From Burkholderiaceae bacterium (GTDB lineage: Bacteria > Pseudomonadota > Gammaproteobacteria > Burkholderiales > Burkholderiaceae_A): 64,000 nt of DNA. How positions within the stretch are numbered: the stretch's first letter is position 1; the number at the start of each line of letters is the position of its first letter. Positions 44,974 through 54,883 of this stretch are shown in pieces. Position numbers and translations under genes: made by a program. Where the stretch lies: contig VERJ01000002.1 in assembly GCA_018882795.1 (NCBI GenBank), forward strand, positions 12,049-76,048. The letters run 5' to 3'. The notes beneath the pieces are model-generated. The model saw only the letters and a program-made list of their open reading frames with translations. It did no database searches and had not been told where the DNA came from.

Positions 44974-46415
44974 TGATTGAGCCAATGACTTCGCGGCAGC
45001 TGTGCTGGTTTCTGGTTCGACTGCTTTGTATCGCGGCAGTTGCAGCCTCCGCCCGGGCCCAGTCAGTATCTCAGGACCAGACGGCCCAGATGAGCCGTCT
45101 GATTGCGGACCATGTCGGGATGGCTCGTAGCCGTGATGGAACCTATCGCGCTGCAGTGGCAGCTAAAGAGGCCTCTTGGCAGGCCTTTCAGTTCAGTGCC
45201 TCTGCATTGGGCCTCAAGGTTACCGGGGCAGTGAACGGTTTTTACACTGATCGAACTGAGGAGAGTCGTACCATCGCAGGTTCATCTGAGATCAACCGAC
45301 GCTTTAACTCCTCTTTGGCGTCTATCACTGCACGACAGCCCCTTTATCGCAAAAAGGAATCAATCGGTATCCAGCAGGCGGCCGTTCAATTCCAGAGTAG
45401 TGAGGCCCTTGCGAAGTCCGCGGAGCAGGCGCTCTTCGGCCGGGTCTTCATGGCCTGGGTGGAAGTCCTCACCGCCCGCGATCTGATGCAATTGTCACGC
45501 TTTGCCTCGGAGCAGGCTGACTTGATTCGCTTAGAAATGGAGCGCCGATATCGTGCAGGTGATGTATCGATTGATCAGTTCGGTGTGGAAGTGTCCCGTC
45601 AGCAGCAACGGCAGGCAGAGATGCTGGAGGCTCAGGCCCGCGTCCAGATTGCAGAGCAGGCGCTGATGGACATCGTGGGCCCCGATGCTGTTGTGCCCCC
45701 GGGTTTCTCTTTGGAGAGCGCTGCGCCGAATTCCCTACCCAATGTCTCCATCGCCGAGATCGGCAAACTTGTCAGTGAGCAAAACCCTGAGCTATCGGCT
45801 GCCCGTCATGGTGAGGAGGCTGCCCGCCTGGAGCGTGAGCGGCTGAGCGCCGATCACCTGCCCACAGTGGACGTTTATGCCTCGGTGAGTAAAGGAGAAA
45901 ACGACACGGCCAGCTATATTCGGGATGAAAGCAGGATCGGTATACAGCTTACGGTGCCGCTCTATACCTCGGGTGCCATTGAGGCATCAGTTGCGCAGGC
46001 TGATGCACAGTACCGCAGGGCACAGGCCCAGGGCCAGGCCCTTGCTGTCAAGCTCAATGCGCAGGCGCTCTCTGCAGTATCCAAAGTCCGTACAAGCCTG
46101 ATCAAGATCGATGCCACACGCATTCATGTCGAGGCGACCGCCCTGCGCGCAGAGTCCACGCGCCGCGGATTTCTTGCAGGCTTGAAGACACGCGGCGACT
46201 TCGCACGGGCCGAGTCGGAGTATCTTGCTGCCCGGCAACGTCGTGCCGATGAGATGCTGGAATACGCCAACGCATGGGCGACCCTGGTGGTGACCACGGC
46301 CCAAATCGATCCAATCTTTCTTGGTGAGCTGTCGCCACCAATCAGTCTGCCCGTACGCACCGCCGCTTCCTCATCAGTTGTGGGAAATTTGCACGCAATG
46401 GGTGGAAGGCCGTAA
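44973..46415 (+). CDS. TolC-family outer membrane protein of the T1SS
   Basis: It has a signal peptide (CIAAVAASARA/QS) and a duplicated OEP architecture. Its ATG overlaps the MFP stop (TGATG). Confidence 0.85.
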   Translation: MIEPMTSRQLCWFLVRLLCIAAVAASARAQSVSQDQTAQMSRLIADHVGMARSRDGTYRAAVAAKEASWQAFQFSASALGLKVTGAVNGFYTDRTEESRTIAGSSEINRRFNSSLASITARQPLYRKKESIGIQQAAVQFQSSEALAKSAEQALFGRVFMAWVEVLTARDLMQLSRFASEQADLIRLEMERRYRAGDVSIDQFGVEVSRQQQRQAEMLEAQARVQIAEQALMDIVGPDAVVPPGFSLESAAPNSLPNVSIAEIGKLVSEQNPELSAARHGEEAARLERERLSADHLPTVDVYASVSKGENDTASYIRDESRIGIQLTVPLYTSGAIEASVAQADAQYRRAQAQGQALAVKLNAQALSAVSKVRTSLIKIDATRIHVEATALRAESTRRGFLAGLKTRGDFARAESEYLAARQRRADEMLEYANAWATLVVTTAQIDPIFLGELSPPISLPVRTAASSSVVGNLHAMGGRP

Positions 46416-46469
46416 CACCCTCCAACCCACACTTGCCGCATGACAAGTGTAGGTTTAGGAGGAATTGCC

Positions 46470-47675
46470 GTGAAACAAGTACTAGTGGTAGTAGGCACGC
46501 GTTCGGAGATGGTGAAGCTTGCACCGGTGATCCGCACGCTACGAGATGACTGTCCGCGTCTGTTCTCGACGCGTTGGATGCACACAGGATTAATGCCTGA
46601 TCAGGTCTGGCAGACAGGGGCCCTGTTTGGTCTTACGCCCGATCATGAGCTGGTGCTGCAAAAAAGTACCGAAAATCTTGTCGAACATAGTTGGGAGTTG
46701 ACCAATGGCATCACCCGTGAGCTTGACGTCGGCCGGCCTGATCTGATGATTGTGCAAGGCGAGTCCTTGTCTTCGATGCTCGCCGCCCAACAAGCATTTA
46801 TGCGTCGGATCCCGGTGGTCTACCTGGCAAGTTCCATCAATAACCTGGCGGCTTCACGTCAACCACGGAAGGAATCCTATCGCAGGCTTTTATCGGCGGT
46901 CTCTTCCTTTCAGTGTATGGTGGATGATCAAGATGCAACACAGCTTCGTGCGGAAGGTGTGCCTGCCGTTGAAATTGGTGTAACGGGAGACACCGTGGTC
47001 GATGCCTTGGCAATCGTCACATCTCACGGGGTACTGAGCTCGAAGAATCCGTCGGCTGAGAAATCAGTTTCACTCAATCATGCAAGGATTCTGGTAGCGC
47101 TAGACGCATCGGAAAAATGGACGGGTAACCTTACTGATCTTGCCTTCGCTATTGCCGAGCTTGCCCGTGATCATGAAGGCCTTGCTTTCACGGTGGTACT
47201 TTATCCCGATGCCAAGCTTCGTGGAATCGTGCATTCAATTCTTGAATCTATACCGAATGTGGGCATCCGTAGTCCTATGCCGTATCAGGAATTCCTCCGT
47301 CTCATGCAGCAGCATGATGTCGTGATCACTGATGCCCAGGACCTTCAGGACGAATCGATCACGCTACAAAAGCCTACTCTACTGATCAAAGATTCCGGGC
47401 TGCAGTCTGAGTTAGCGCGCTGTCGTGGCATACGATTCCTAGGCTGGGATCAGGATGGTATTACTTCCGCTGTCCGGGAGCTACTGGCGGATTCCGATGG
47501 ATATCGGGAGTTTTTGCCGTGTGAGAATCCCTTGGGTGATGGCTACGCGGCCCAACGCATTTCTCGGCTGCTTTCCAATTGGTCTCGTAATCAAACCCTG
47601 ACACCACGTGCATTTGAACCCTTTCGCAGTGTGGCGGATGTGTGTGGGTTTTCTTCTAACTTGCACACCGTCTGA
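46470..47675 (+). CDS. UDP-N-acetylglucosamine 2-epimerase (WecB) homologue with degenerate catalytic motifs
   Basis: GTG 46470 lies 7 nt after AGGAGG. VKQVLVVVGTRSEMVKLAPVI, VTGDTVVDAL and ENPLGDGYAAQRI align with E. coli WecB. However, HGDT, HVEAGLR, GHRRES and TDSGGIQEE read QGES, YLASSIN, LDASEK and TDAQDLQDE. Confidence 0.7.
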   Translation: MKQVLVVVGTRSEMVKLAPVIRTLRDDCPRLFSTRWMHTGLMPDQVWQTGALFGLTPDHELVLQKSTENLVEHSWELTNGITRELDVGRPDLMIVQGESLSSMLAAQQAFMRRIPVVYLASSINNLAASRQPRKESYRRLLSAVSSFQCMVDDQDATQLRAEGVPAVEIGVTGDTVVDALAIVTSHGVLSSKNPSAEKSVSLNHARILVALDASEKWTGNLTDLAFAIAELARDHEGLAFTVVLYPDAKLRGIVHSILESIPNVGIRSPMPYQEFLRLMQQHDVVITDAQDLQDESITLQKPTLLIKDSGLQSELARCRGIRFLGWDQDGITSAVRELLADSDGYREFLPCENPLGDGYAAQRISRLLSNWSRNQTLTPRAFEPFRSVADVCGFSSNLHTV

Positions 47676-47788
47676 GCCGAAGCTCTTGCTGCCGCTCACA
47701 GAATCCCTCCTGGGCCGAGAGATTGCGGCCCACTGTGCGGTCTCCGGGCATTGCTCGGGGACTTTTATTCACTTTTTGGAGGTAAAGC

Positions 47789-47968
47789 ATGAAACACATG
47801 TCTCTGTTGAAAAAGTTTGTGAAAGATGATCGCGGCGTCAGTGCAATCGAGTATGGATTGCTGGCTACCCTGATTGCAGTAGCCATCATTGTGGGCGCAA
47901 CTGCGCTGGGCAACGCACTGGATGCCAAGTTCAGCTCGGTGGCCACGACGGTGACAAACGGGAAATAA
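47789..47968 (+). CDS. flp: Flp family type IVb pilin
   Basis: Not in the ORF track (59 aa). My own translation is MKHMSLLKKFVKDDRGVSAIEYGLLATLIAVAIIVGATALGNALDAKFSSVATTVTNGK. It has the Flp motif G/VSAIEYGLL and an SD, TGGAGG. Confidence 0.9.
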   Translation: MKHMSLLKKFVKDDRGVSAIEYGLLATLIAVAIIVGATALGNALDAKFSSVATTVTNGK

Positions 47969-47997
47969 ATTCATTTTTTATAACTTGAGTCTCCCCG

Positions 47998-48468
47998 ATG
48001 GCCTTTGAGCTGATTTATGGCAAATCGCCGTCGGGGCTCGTATATCCCTTCAATCTTGCATTGATCTCAATTCTTCTCGTCGCTGTCATTACCGATTTGA
48101 TGGCCAGAACCGTACCGAATTGGTTGATTTTTCTTGGTTTGATGTCTGCATTGACGATCTCGGCAGCGATGAATGGATTTATGGGGCTGGGATTTATGGC
48201 TCTGGGTTTTGCAGCTGGCATCTTGTTTTTTCTCCCGATCTATCTGACTGGTTTGCTCGGTGCCGGTGATGTGAAATTAATTGGGATTGTCGGGGCGTTT
48301 CTGGGCCTGCACCAGATGCTGGTCTCTGCAGTACTTATTTTCCTTGTTGGAGGTTTGATCAGTCTTTTTATGCTGGGTCGACATCGTTCTAGTAGGCATT
48401 TACCTCAGGTGCCTTATGCCGTGGCCATTGCCGCAGGTGTATTTGCACATTTGATCATTTTCAATTGA
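47998..48468 (+). CDS. cpaA: prepilin peptidase CpaA/TadV (A24 family)
   Basis: 156 aa polytopic protein with two Asp motifs (VAVITDLMARTVPN and LGAGDVKLIG). Confidence 0.85.
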   Translation: MAFELIYGKSPSGLVYPFNLALISILLVAVITDLMARTVPNWLIFLGLMSALTISAAMNGFMGLGFMALGFAAGILFFLPIYLTGLLGAGDVKLIGIVGAFLGLHQMLVSAVLIFLVGGLISLFMLGRHRSSRHLPQVPYAVAIAAGVFAHLIIFN

Positions 48469-48504
48469 TTTGTGTTTTTCTACGATTAAAAAAGGGATTT
48501 CATC

Positions 48505-49305
48505 ATGGCCAATCGGCGGGCGATTATTTTTCTTTTGCTTTCCCTACTGACCGGCGCAACAGCGGTCGGAGTAGCGGCGTTTTGGATGAAACAAAAAATG
48601 TCAGATGCAACCGTTTCGGTTGTAGTCGCCAGCCGCGATCTTCTTGCTGGTGAAAAACTTACTGCTGATAATCTCAAAGTTGTGAGCTGGCCTAGTGGTG
48701 CACATATCAAAGGGTCATCCACCACCGTACAGTCCCTGGACGGCAGGGTAACTGCAGCCACGGTCGTGATGGGTGAACCGATCCTGGAGGGCCGGCTTGC
48801 ACCTGTTGGTAGCAAGGCGGGCCTAAGTGCCATCATCACGCCGGGCCATCGTGCCCTGACAGTGAAAGTCAACGAGGTTGTGGGCGTGGCGGGCTTTGCC
48901 ATGCCGGGGAATTATGTGGATGTCCTCGTTACGATTCATCAAGACAACAAACCTCCGATTTCAAAAATCGTTCTAGAGAAAATCTTGGTGCTGGCCACGG
49001 CCCAGGAGCACATGGTGCGCGACGAGGCAAAACCCAAGGTGGTGAATGCGGTTACGTTGGAGGTCACGCCAGAGCAGGCGGAAAAGCTTGATCTCGCAAG
49101 AAGTGTCGGCACGCTTTCCATGGCCCTGCGCAACCAGATTGATCAGCAACAAGTCACTACGCGGGGAGCGTTGATTGGAGATGTTCTGAAGGCGCCATCA
49201 GTATCAATGCCGAAGGCCAGTGCACGCGAGGTGGTTGCTGGCTCGGGAGTCCCTGAGATCGAGGTTATTCGGGGTGTTGTGCGCACCAATGTCAGTGTCC
49301 GTTGA
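48505..49305 (+). CDS. cpaB: Flp pilus assembly protein CpaB/RcpC
   Basis: It has an N-terminal TM, a SAF-like domain (VVVASRDLLAGEKLTADNL) and an RcpC C-terminal domain (VDVLVT...ILVLA...VTLEVTPEQAEKL). Confidence 0.85.
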   Translation: MANRRAIIFLLLSLLTGATAVGVAAFWMKQKMSDATVSVVVASRDLLAGEKLTADNLKVVSWPSGAHIKGSSTTVQSLDGRVTAATVVMGEPILEGRLAPVGSKAGLSAIITPGHRALTVKVNEVVGVAGFAMPGNYVDVLVTIHQDNKPPISKIVLEKILVLATAQEHMVRDEAKPKVVNAVTLEVTPEQAEKLDLARSVGTLSMALRNQIDQQQVTTRGALIGDVLKAPSVSMPKASAREVVAGSGVPEIEVIRGVVRTNVSVR

Positions 49306-49328
49306 GATTCTTTTCAGGCTGGAGAACT

Positions 49329-50885
49329 ATGAAAAATAAAAGTTTGCAACTGTTGATGGCTGTCGGCTTTGGATTGATGGTCCATACCGTAAGCGCGGCC
49401 CCACAGTCGGATAACCCAACTTCTTCGGCAGCCGATCTGCCGACCAAGCGGGTGGAAGCCCCGCTGGCTTTAGTGTCGGGCAAGTCAATTGTTGTGCCAA
49501 TCGAGGGCGGCATCACGCGAGTCTCTGTGGCCAACCCAGAGATGGCCGATGTCACCGTCATTGCTGGGCGTGAGCTCTATGCCATTGGTAAGAAAGTGGG
49601 CGCTACGAATATCTTTCTTTGGAATAAGACGGGTCAGATCACGGTCATAGATGTAGTGGTTTCTGGCGACACACTGAGTCTACAAAGCAAACTCCGTGAG
49701 TTGATGCCGACCGAGCAGCAGCTACATGTGAGCTCTGCCGGTGAGGCCCTGGTGCTAACTGGACAGGTGGCTGATGCCGCGAAAGTCCAGCGCGCGGTTC
49801 TGATTGCTGAGCAGTTTTCAGAGAAGAAGATCATCAATCTCTTGGGTGTAGGCGAGTTGCCCCAGGTTCTGCTGGAGGTCAAGGTCGCTGAGGTGTCTAA
49901 AAAGCTGACCGATAAGCTCGGCATGTCATTGGGCGTGAATGGCGCAAGGGGATCGTTTCAGTATCAGATCTTGGGCAATCTGTTGACTGGCGGGGTGTTC
50001 AGCACGCCGCAGGGCACCGGATCGGGAATTGGTCTGACAAAGGGAAATGACAGCTTTAAGCTAGAGGCGGAGATTAAAAATGGTCTGATCAAGGTCCTTG
50101 CTGAGCCGAACATCATCGCTGTGAGCGGTCAGGAAGGTGCGTTTTTGGCCGGTGGCAAGATCTTCATTCCGGTACCACAGTCGGGCGGAACAGGCATCTC
50201 GGCGATCACCTTGGAAGAGCGTGAGTATGGTGTTGGCCTGCGCTTTCTGCCGACAGTGCTGGAGGGTGGCAAGATCAATCTTCGGGTAACACCGGAAGTG
50301 TCCGAGCTTGCGCAGCAGGGCACCACCGTTGCGTCGGGGAATATCACCACCGTGCTGCCCACAATTTCCACCCGCCGTGCGTCCACCACGGTGCAGCTGA
50401 TGGATGGCCAGAGCTTTGCAATTGGCGGTCTGATCAAAAACAATGTTTCAGAGAGCATTTCTGGTTTTCCTTTCCTGAGTGAGCTACCGATTCTGGGGGC
50501 ATTGTTTCGCAGCAGCGAATTTATCAATGACCGCAGCGAGCTGATGTTCCTGGTCACACCTAGATTGGTTAAACCCTTGGCCACTCCCGCAGCGCTGCCC
50601 ACCGATGGGTTCATTCCGCCCTCTCGATTCGAATTCATGATGAATGGCCAGATGCAGGGTAAACCTGCGCCATCAAAGGAGCCTGTGCGATTGGATAGAA
50701 AGCCAAGCCTATCGCGGGCCGCACCACCTGCCGATGTCGCCGCAACCGTAGACCCTGTTGATTCACGCGATCCGAGTGCTGCGGATCCCGTCGCTGTAGA
50801 CCCTATTCAGGCAAGCACGATTCCAGCAGATGCTGTCGATACTGCTGATCTGAACATCGATATCCCGAAGGAGGGCAACGAATGA
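49329..50885 (+). CDS. cpaC: Tad secretin CpaC/RcpA
   Basis: It has a signal peptide, a BON-like N domain and a secretin core (VLAEPNIIAVSGQEGAFLAGG...GLRFLPTV...IGGLI...PFLSELPILGALFRS). It ends in a Pro/Asp/Ala-rich C-terminal tail of about 80 aa. The start is ATG 49329, after GGAG. Confidence 0.9.
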   Translation: MKNKSLQLLMAVGFGLMVHTVSAAPQSDNPTSSAADLPTKRVEAPLALVSGKSIVVPIEGGITRVSVANPEMADVTVIAGRELYAIGKKVGATNIFLWNKTGQITVIDVVVSGDTLSLQSKLRELMPTEQQLHVSSAGEALVLTGQVADAAKVQRAVLIAEQFSEKKIINLLGVGELPQVLLEVKVAEVSKKLTDKLGMSLGVNGARGSFQYQILGNLLTGGVFSTPQGTGSGIGLTKGNDSFKLEAEIKNGLIKVLAEPNIIAVSGQEGAFLAGGKIFIPVPQSGGTGISAITLEEREYGVGLRFLPTVLEGGKINLRVTPEVSELAQQGTTVASGNITTVLPTISTRRASTTVQLMDGQSFAIGGLIKNNVSESISGFPFLSELPILGALFRSSEFINDRSELMFLVTPRLVKPLATPAALPTDGFIPPSRFEFMMNGQMQGKPAPSKEPVRLDRKPSLSRAAPPADVAATVDPVDSRDPSAADPVAVDPIQASTIPADAVDTADLNIDIPKEGNE

Positions 50886-51208
50886 TTTCAGTCACTTATA
50901 CCACTATGCGTTGGGCAGGTCTGGTCGCTATTGGATCACTGATGGGCTGTGCCCATCAGTATGCACCCGAAGCCACATTCGGGCTTACTGTCCAGCAGAG
51001 CATCCGCCAGCAATCAGTACGGGTGAATGGTGTTGGCCACGATCGCATTGAGCCGGGATTCGATGGTGCTGCAGCCAAGGCGGTGATGGATCGTTATGTT
51101 CGCAGTTATGAGCAGCCACAACCGCTGGGCAATGTCCTTCGGCTTGGTGTGGGAACACCGCTCACCGGCACAGGAATGGCAACGGCCACTCCCTCGGCAG
51201 CGAGGTAA
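50882..51208 (+). CDS. small Tad-locus lipoprotein (possibly DUF3613-like)
   Basis: It has a lipobox (GSLMGC) and is 108 aa. Its ATGA overlaps the cpaC stop. The family assignment is from memory only. Confidence 0.5.
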   Translation: MISVTYTTMRWAGLVAIGSLMGCAHQYAPEATFGLTVQQSIRQQSVRVNGVGHDRIEPGFDGAAAKAVMDRYVRSYEQPQPLGNVLRLGVGTPLTGTGMATATPSAAR

Positions 51209-51210
51209 GC

Positions 51211-52497
51211 ATGAGTGAAACTAATGCCATACTGGATCACGCGCGCCTGAAGTCTCACGTGCACAGCCAACTGCTTAAGATCCTGGATCTGTCAGTCATG
51301 GAGCGTCTATCCTCAGATGATTTGCGGGTCGAACTCTCTGGGGCAGTAAAACGTATTGTGAACGACGAACGCATTACGTTGGATCCATCGGATCTAGGCC
51401 AATTGGTACTCAATATCCAGAATGAGGTGATGGGTCTGGGCCCAATTGAACCGCTGATTGCCGATCCGACTGTCTCCGATATTCTGGTCAATGGTCCCAT
51501 GTCAATCTATGTGGAGCGCTATGGGCGGCTTGAGCCTACATCCGTGCGATTTTCTAATCATGATCATGTGTTGCGAATCATTGAGAAAATCGTTTCTCGG
51601 GTGGGCAGAAGAATCGATGAGTCCAGTCCCATGGTGGATGCCCGTCTGCCCGATGGGTCGCGGGTCAATGCCATCATTCCGCCGCTGGCGCTTGATGGCC
51701 CTGTTCTATCGATCCGACGATTCAGTGTTACACCTTTTGGAATCAAAGAACTGATTGATCACGGCACCCTATCGGCTGACATGGCAAGTGTGATCGAGTC
51801 CCTGGTCCGTTATAAAACCAATGTGCTGATCTCTGGCGGGACAGGTAGCGGCAAGACCACACTGCTAAATGTGCTTTCTTCGTTTGTACCCGCAGATGAG
51901 CGGATTATCACCATCGAAGATGCTGCTGAGCTTCGGCTTCAGCAGCCCCATGTGGTGAGGCTCGAGACCCGTCCTGCCAACGTTGAAGGCAAGGGCGAGA
52001 TCAGCCAACGCTCTTTGGTGAAAAACAGTCTACGCATGCGTCCGGATCGCATTGTGGTCGGCGAGGTCCGCGGTGCCGAGGTGCTCGACATGCTGCAAGC
52101 CATGAACACTGGCCACCAAGGATCGATGACCACAATTCATGCGAATTCTCCCAGGGACGCCATGATTCGGCTGGAGAATATGGTGAGTCTTGCCGGCATC
52201 AAGGTGGGTATTCATCCCATTCGGCGTCAGATTGCTTCAGCAATCAATGTCGTGATTCAGGTCGCACGACTCTCCGATGGAACGCGAAAAGTACTGAGCG
52301 TGCAAGAGATCACGGGCATGGAGGGTGACATGATCGAGATGCAAGAAATCTTCTCCTATGAACAGCATGGACTCTCCGCTGAAGGTAGGGTCAATGGGGC
52401 TTTTGTGGCCTCGGGTATTCGGCCCAGATTTGCAGAGCATATCGCTCGTGAAGGGTATCAGCTTCCGGATCATCTTTTTGTGCCACCCGTGCAGTAG
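51211..52497 (+). CDS. cpaF: Tad pilus ATPase CpaF/TadA
   Basis: It has Walker [10 protein letters not shown], an Asp box, Walker B ([10 protein letters not shown]) and a His box (TTIHANS). Confidence 0.95.
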   Translation: MSETNAILDHARLKSHVHSQLLKILDLSVMERLSSDDLRVELSGAVKRIVNDERITLDPSDLGQLVLNIQNEVMGLGPIEPLIADPTVSDILVNGPMSIYVERYGRLEPTSVRFSNHDHVLRIIEKIVSRVGRRIDESSPMVDARLPDGSRVNAIIPPLALDGPVLSIRRFSVTPFGIKELIDHGTLSADMASVIESLVRYKTNVLISGGTGSGKTTLLNVLSSFVPADERIITIEDAAELRLQQPHVVRLETRPANVEGKGEISQRSLVKNSLRMRPDRIVVGEVRGAEVLDMLQAMNTGHQGSMTTIHANSPRDAMIRLENMVSLAGIKVGIHPIRRQIASAINVVIQVARLSDGTRKVLSVQEITGMEGDMIEMQEIFSYEQHGLSAEGRVNGAFVASGIRPRFAEHIAREGYQLPDHLFVPPVQ

Positions 52498-52511
52498 GAG
52501 AGCGAATTCAC

Positions 52512-53477
52512 ATGATGCAAAGCTTGTTCTTTGGATTACTGTTTGTGTCTGCGGCACTATTGGCTGGTGCGGCCATGATGTTTTGGCAATACCTCTCTGA
52601 TCTCGGTTCGGCCTCTCGTGCGGTCATGCTATCTGCGGTGGACTCAGCGGATATGCCTACCCAGGGCAGGGTCTATCGAGACTTGCGCGTGAGCGCTTCC
52701 GCCTGGATGGATCAGTGGCTAAGATCTAATTCAAAAGTGCAGTCTGTTCAGCAAATGGTCGCCCAATCAGGCGTGCGTTTGTATGTGGATCAACTCTTGG
52801 CCATCAGCGTTTCCTTGGGAGCATTTTTGGCCGTAGGCGCTGGGCTGCTGGGCTGGCCGATCACCTTTGCGGTCCCCCTTGGCACAGTCGGACTTATGCT
52901 GCCATGGTTGGTACTGCGTTATCGAAAGAAAAAGCGACTCCAGGTGATCGAGGAGCAGTTGCCAGATGCGCTGGATGCGATATCCCGGGCGATGCAGGCG
53001 GGGAATTCTCTGGCCGGTGCGTTGGCTGCGGTCAGCAAGGAATCCCCCGACCCACTGGGCGGAGAGTTGCGGATTGTCTCCGAGGAAATCAACTTCGGCC
53101 GCTCGGTGAAGGATGGATTGCTGGGCTTTTCTCAGCGGCTCGATAGCCTGGATATTCGCTACTTTGTGTTGGCGGTGTTGATCCATAGCCAGACGGGTGG
53201 CAATCTCTCCTCCCTGTTGTCAAGCCTGGCCACGTTGATTCGCGAGCGGATGCGGCTAAAGCGTAGGGCCCGGGTCTTGTCGGCCGAGGGGCGACTCTCA
53301 GGATGGGTACTCACCCTTCTACCTTTCATCACCGCGTTTCTTATTTATCTGATGAATCCGGATTTTTTAAAGGTCCTGTGGACGACATCCACTGGGATTC
53401 TCTTACTGCAGATCAATGCGGTCATGATGACGATTGGCCTGTATTGGATGTGGAAGATCGTTCATTTTCGAATCTAG
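52512..53477 (+). CDS. tadB: Tad platform protein TadB (T2SSF family)
   Basis: It has the T2SSF domain (LPDALDAISRAMQAGNSL) and three TM segments. Confidence 0.85.
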   Translation: MMQSLFFGLLFVSAALLAGAAMMFWQYLSDLGSASRAVMLSAVDSADMPTQGRVYRDLRVSASAWMDQWLRSNSKVQSVQQMVAQSGVRLYVDQLLAISVSLGAFLAVGAGLLGWPITFAVPLGTVGLMLPWLVLRYRKKKRLQVIEEQLPDALDAISRAMQAGNSLAGALAAVSKESPDPLGGELRIVSEEINFGRSVKDGLLGFSQRLDSLDIRYFVLAVLIHSQTGGNLSSLLSSLATLIRERMRLKRRARVLSAEGRLSGWVLTLLPFITAFLIYLMNPDFLKVLWTTSTGILLLQINAVMMTIGLYWMWKIVHFRI

Positions 53478-53486
53478 GGGTCGATC

Positions 53487-54434
53487 ATGTCATCTCTTGC
53501 AATTGCGTTGTTGATGCTGTTGTTTTTTCTAGCATCGGGTCTGACCTGGATTCTGATTGGCTTTGGATTTGCCTTGCGGCCCCTGATATCGAGAGGCCCG
53601 GGATGGAATCTTGATGCGCTTAAGCGCGAAGCAGCCCATCAGATGCTGGGCCTTTCGCAGCGGCTATCCCCGATTCTCAAACCCATGACGCCCGAATCCG
53701 CGCTCAGCCCTGATTGGCTTGAGTCCCCATTACGATTGAAACTCATTCGGGCGGGGTTTCGTGGCCCATCTACGGTGCCGATCTATTTTTCGCTCAAGGT
53801 GTTATCGGCTGGTCTGTTGGTGATACTGGTGTTACTACTCAACCTCCTAGCCAAGTGGGATCTTCCCACGATCACGCTGGTCACGCTGGTGATGGTGGCA
53901 ATAGGAATTGGGTTCTACCTCCCGGATCTGGTGTTGCGCATTCGTACTGCTGATCGGCAACGCTGGATTCTGGAGCAGCTGCCGGATAGTCTGGATCTGA
54001 TGCGTATCTGCCTTGAGGCTGGCCTTGGTCTTGATGCAGCGATTCTGCGGGTGAGCCAGGAATTCAAGGGCGTCTGCCCCCCGCTCTACCAGGAGCTCCA
54101 TACGATTACCTTAGAGCTGCGCGCCGGTAGTGCCCGAAACGAGGCCTTACGACACTTTGCCGCAAGAACTGGGTTGCAGCAGGTCAATTCTATGGTATCG
54201 ACCCTGATTCAGTCAGATCGCTTCGGCACTGGCATCGCAGACACGATCCGTATCCATGCCGAGCACTTGCGGCTGGAACGTCGACTGAAGGCGGAAGAGA
54301 CCGCCGCAAAGATGGCCACCAAATTACTTTTTCCTCTGGTGTTCTGCATTTTCCCAGCGCTGTTACTGGTTCTGGTGGGACCAGCGGGTATCACAGTGAA
54401 GCAGCATCTTTCCCCGGAAACTATCAGCCGATGA
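53487..54434 (+). CDS. tadC: Tad platform protein TadC (T2SSF family)
   Basis: It has the T2SSF domain (LPDSLDLMRICLEAGLGLDAAI) and is paired with tadB. Confidence 0.85.
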   Translation: MSSLAIALLMLLFFLASGLTWILIGFGFALRPLISRGPGWNLDALKREAAHQMLGLSQRLSPILKPMTPESALSPDWLESPLRLKLIRAGFRGPSTVPIYFSLKVLSAGLLVILVLLLNLLAKWDLPTITLVTLVMVAIGIGFYLPDLVLRIRTADRQRWILEQLPDSLDLMRICLEAGLGLDAAILRVSQEFKGVCPPLYQELHTITLELRAGSARNEALRHFAARTGLQQVNSMVSTLIQSDRFGTGIADTIRIHAEHLRLERRLKAEETAAKMATKLLFPLVFCIFPALLLVLVGPAGITVKQHLSPETISR

Positions 54435-54883
54435 TCAAACTCATGAGTATTCAAGTCTTTCCCCGGATTCGAAAACGCCCCTGTCGAGGCGCATCGGCGA
54501 TTGAATTCGCCTTGATGTTGCCCCTGTTGCTTCTTCTGCTCTTTGGCATTATTGAAACCAGCATCGCGCTGTATGACAAGGCCATTATCACTAATGCTTC
54601 TCGGGAGGCAGCCCGTGCAGGCGTGGTCATGAGTAAGACTCGATTGTCAGATTCAGAGATTGAGCAGGTCGCACTAAGTTACTGTGGCAACCGGTTGATC
54701 AGCTTTGGGGCGCTCTCCAGTGCACCCAAGGTAACGGTACAGCGGCCTGCGAGTCCGATGACTAACGATCCCTTAACCGTCTCTATCGCCTACACTTATT
54801 CTGGGTTTGGACTAGGGCGTCTTTATGCTGCGTGGGTGGGCCCTATTCAACTCACAGCCACTACGGTCATGACCTATGAATAA
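54431..54883 (+). CDS. TadE/TadF-like pseudopilin
   Basis: The N-terminus GASAIEFALMLPLLLLLLFGIIE is a TadE-like motif. The protein is 150 aa. Confidence 0.8.
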   Translation: MIKLMSIQVFPRIRKRPCRGASAIEFALMLPLLLLLLFGIIETSIALYDKAIITNASREAARAGVVMSKTRLSDSEIEQVALSYCGNRLISFGALSSAPKVTVQRPASPMTNDPLTVSIAYTYSGFGLGRLYAAWVGPIQLTATTVMTYE

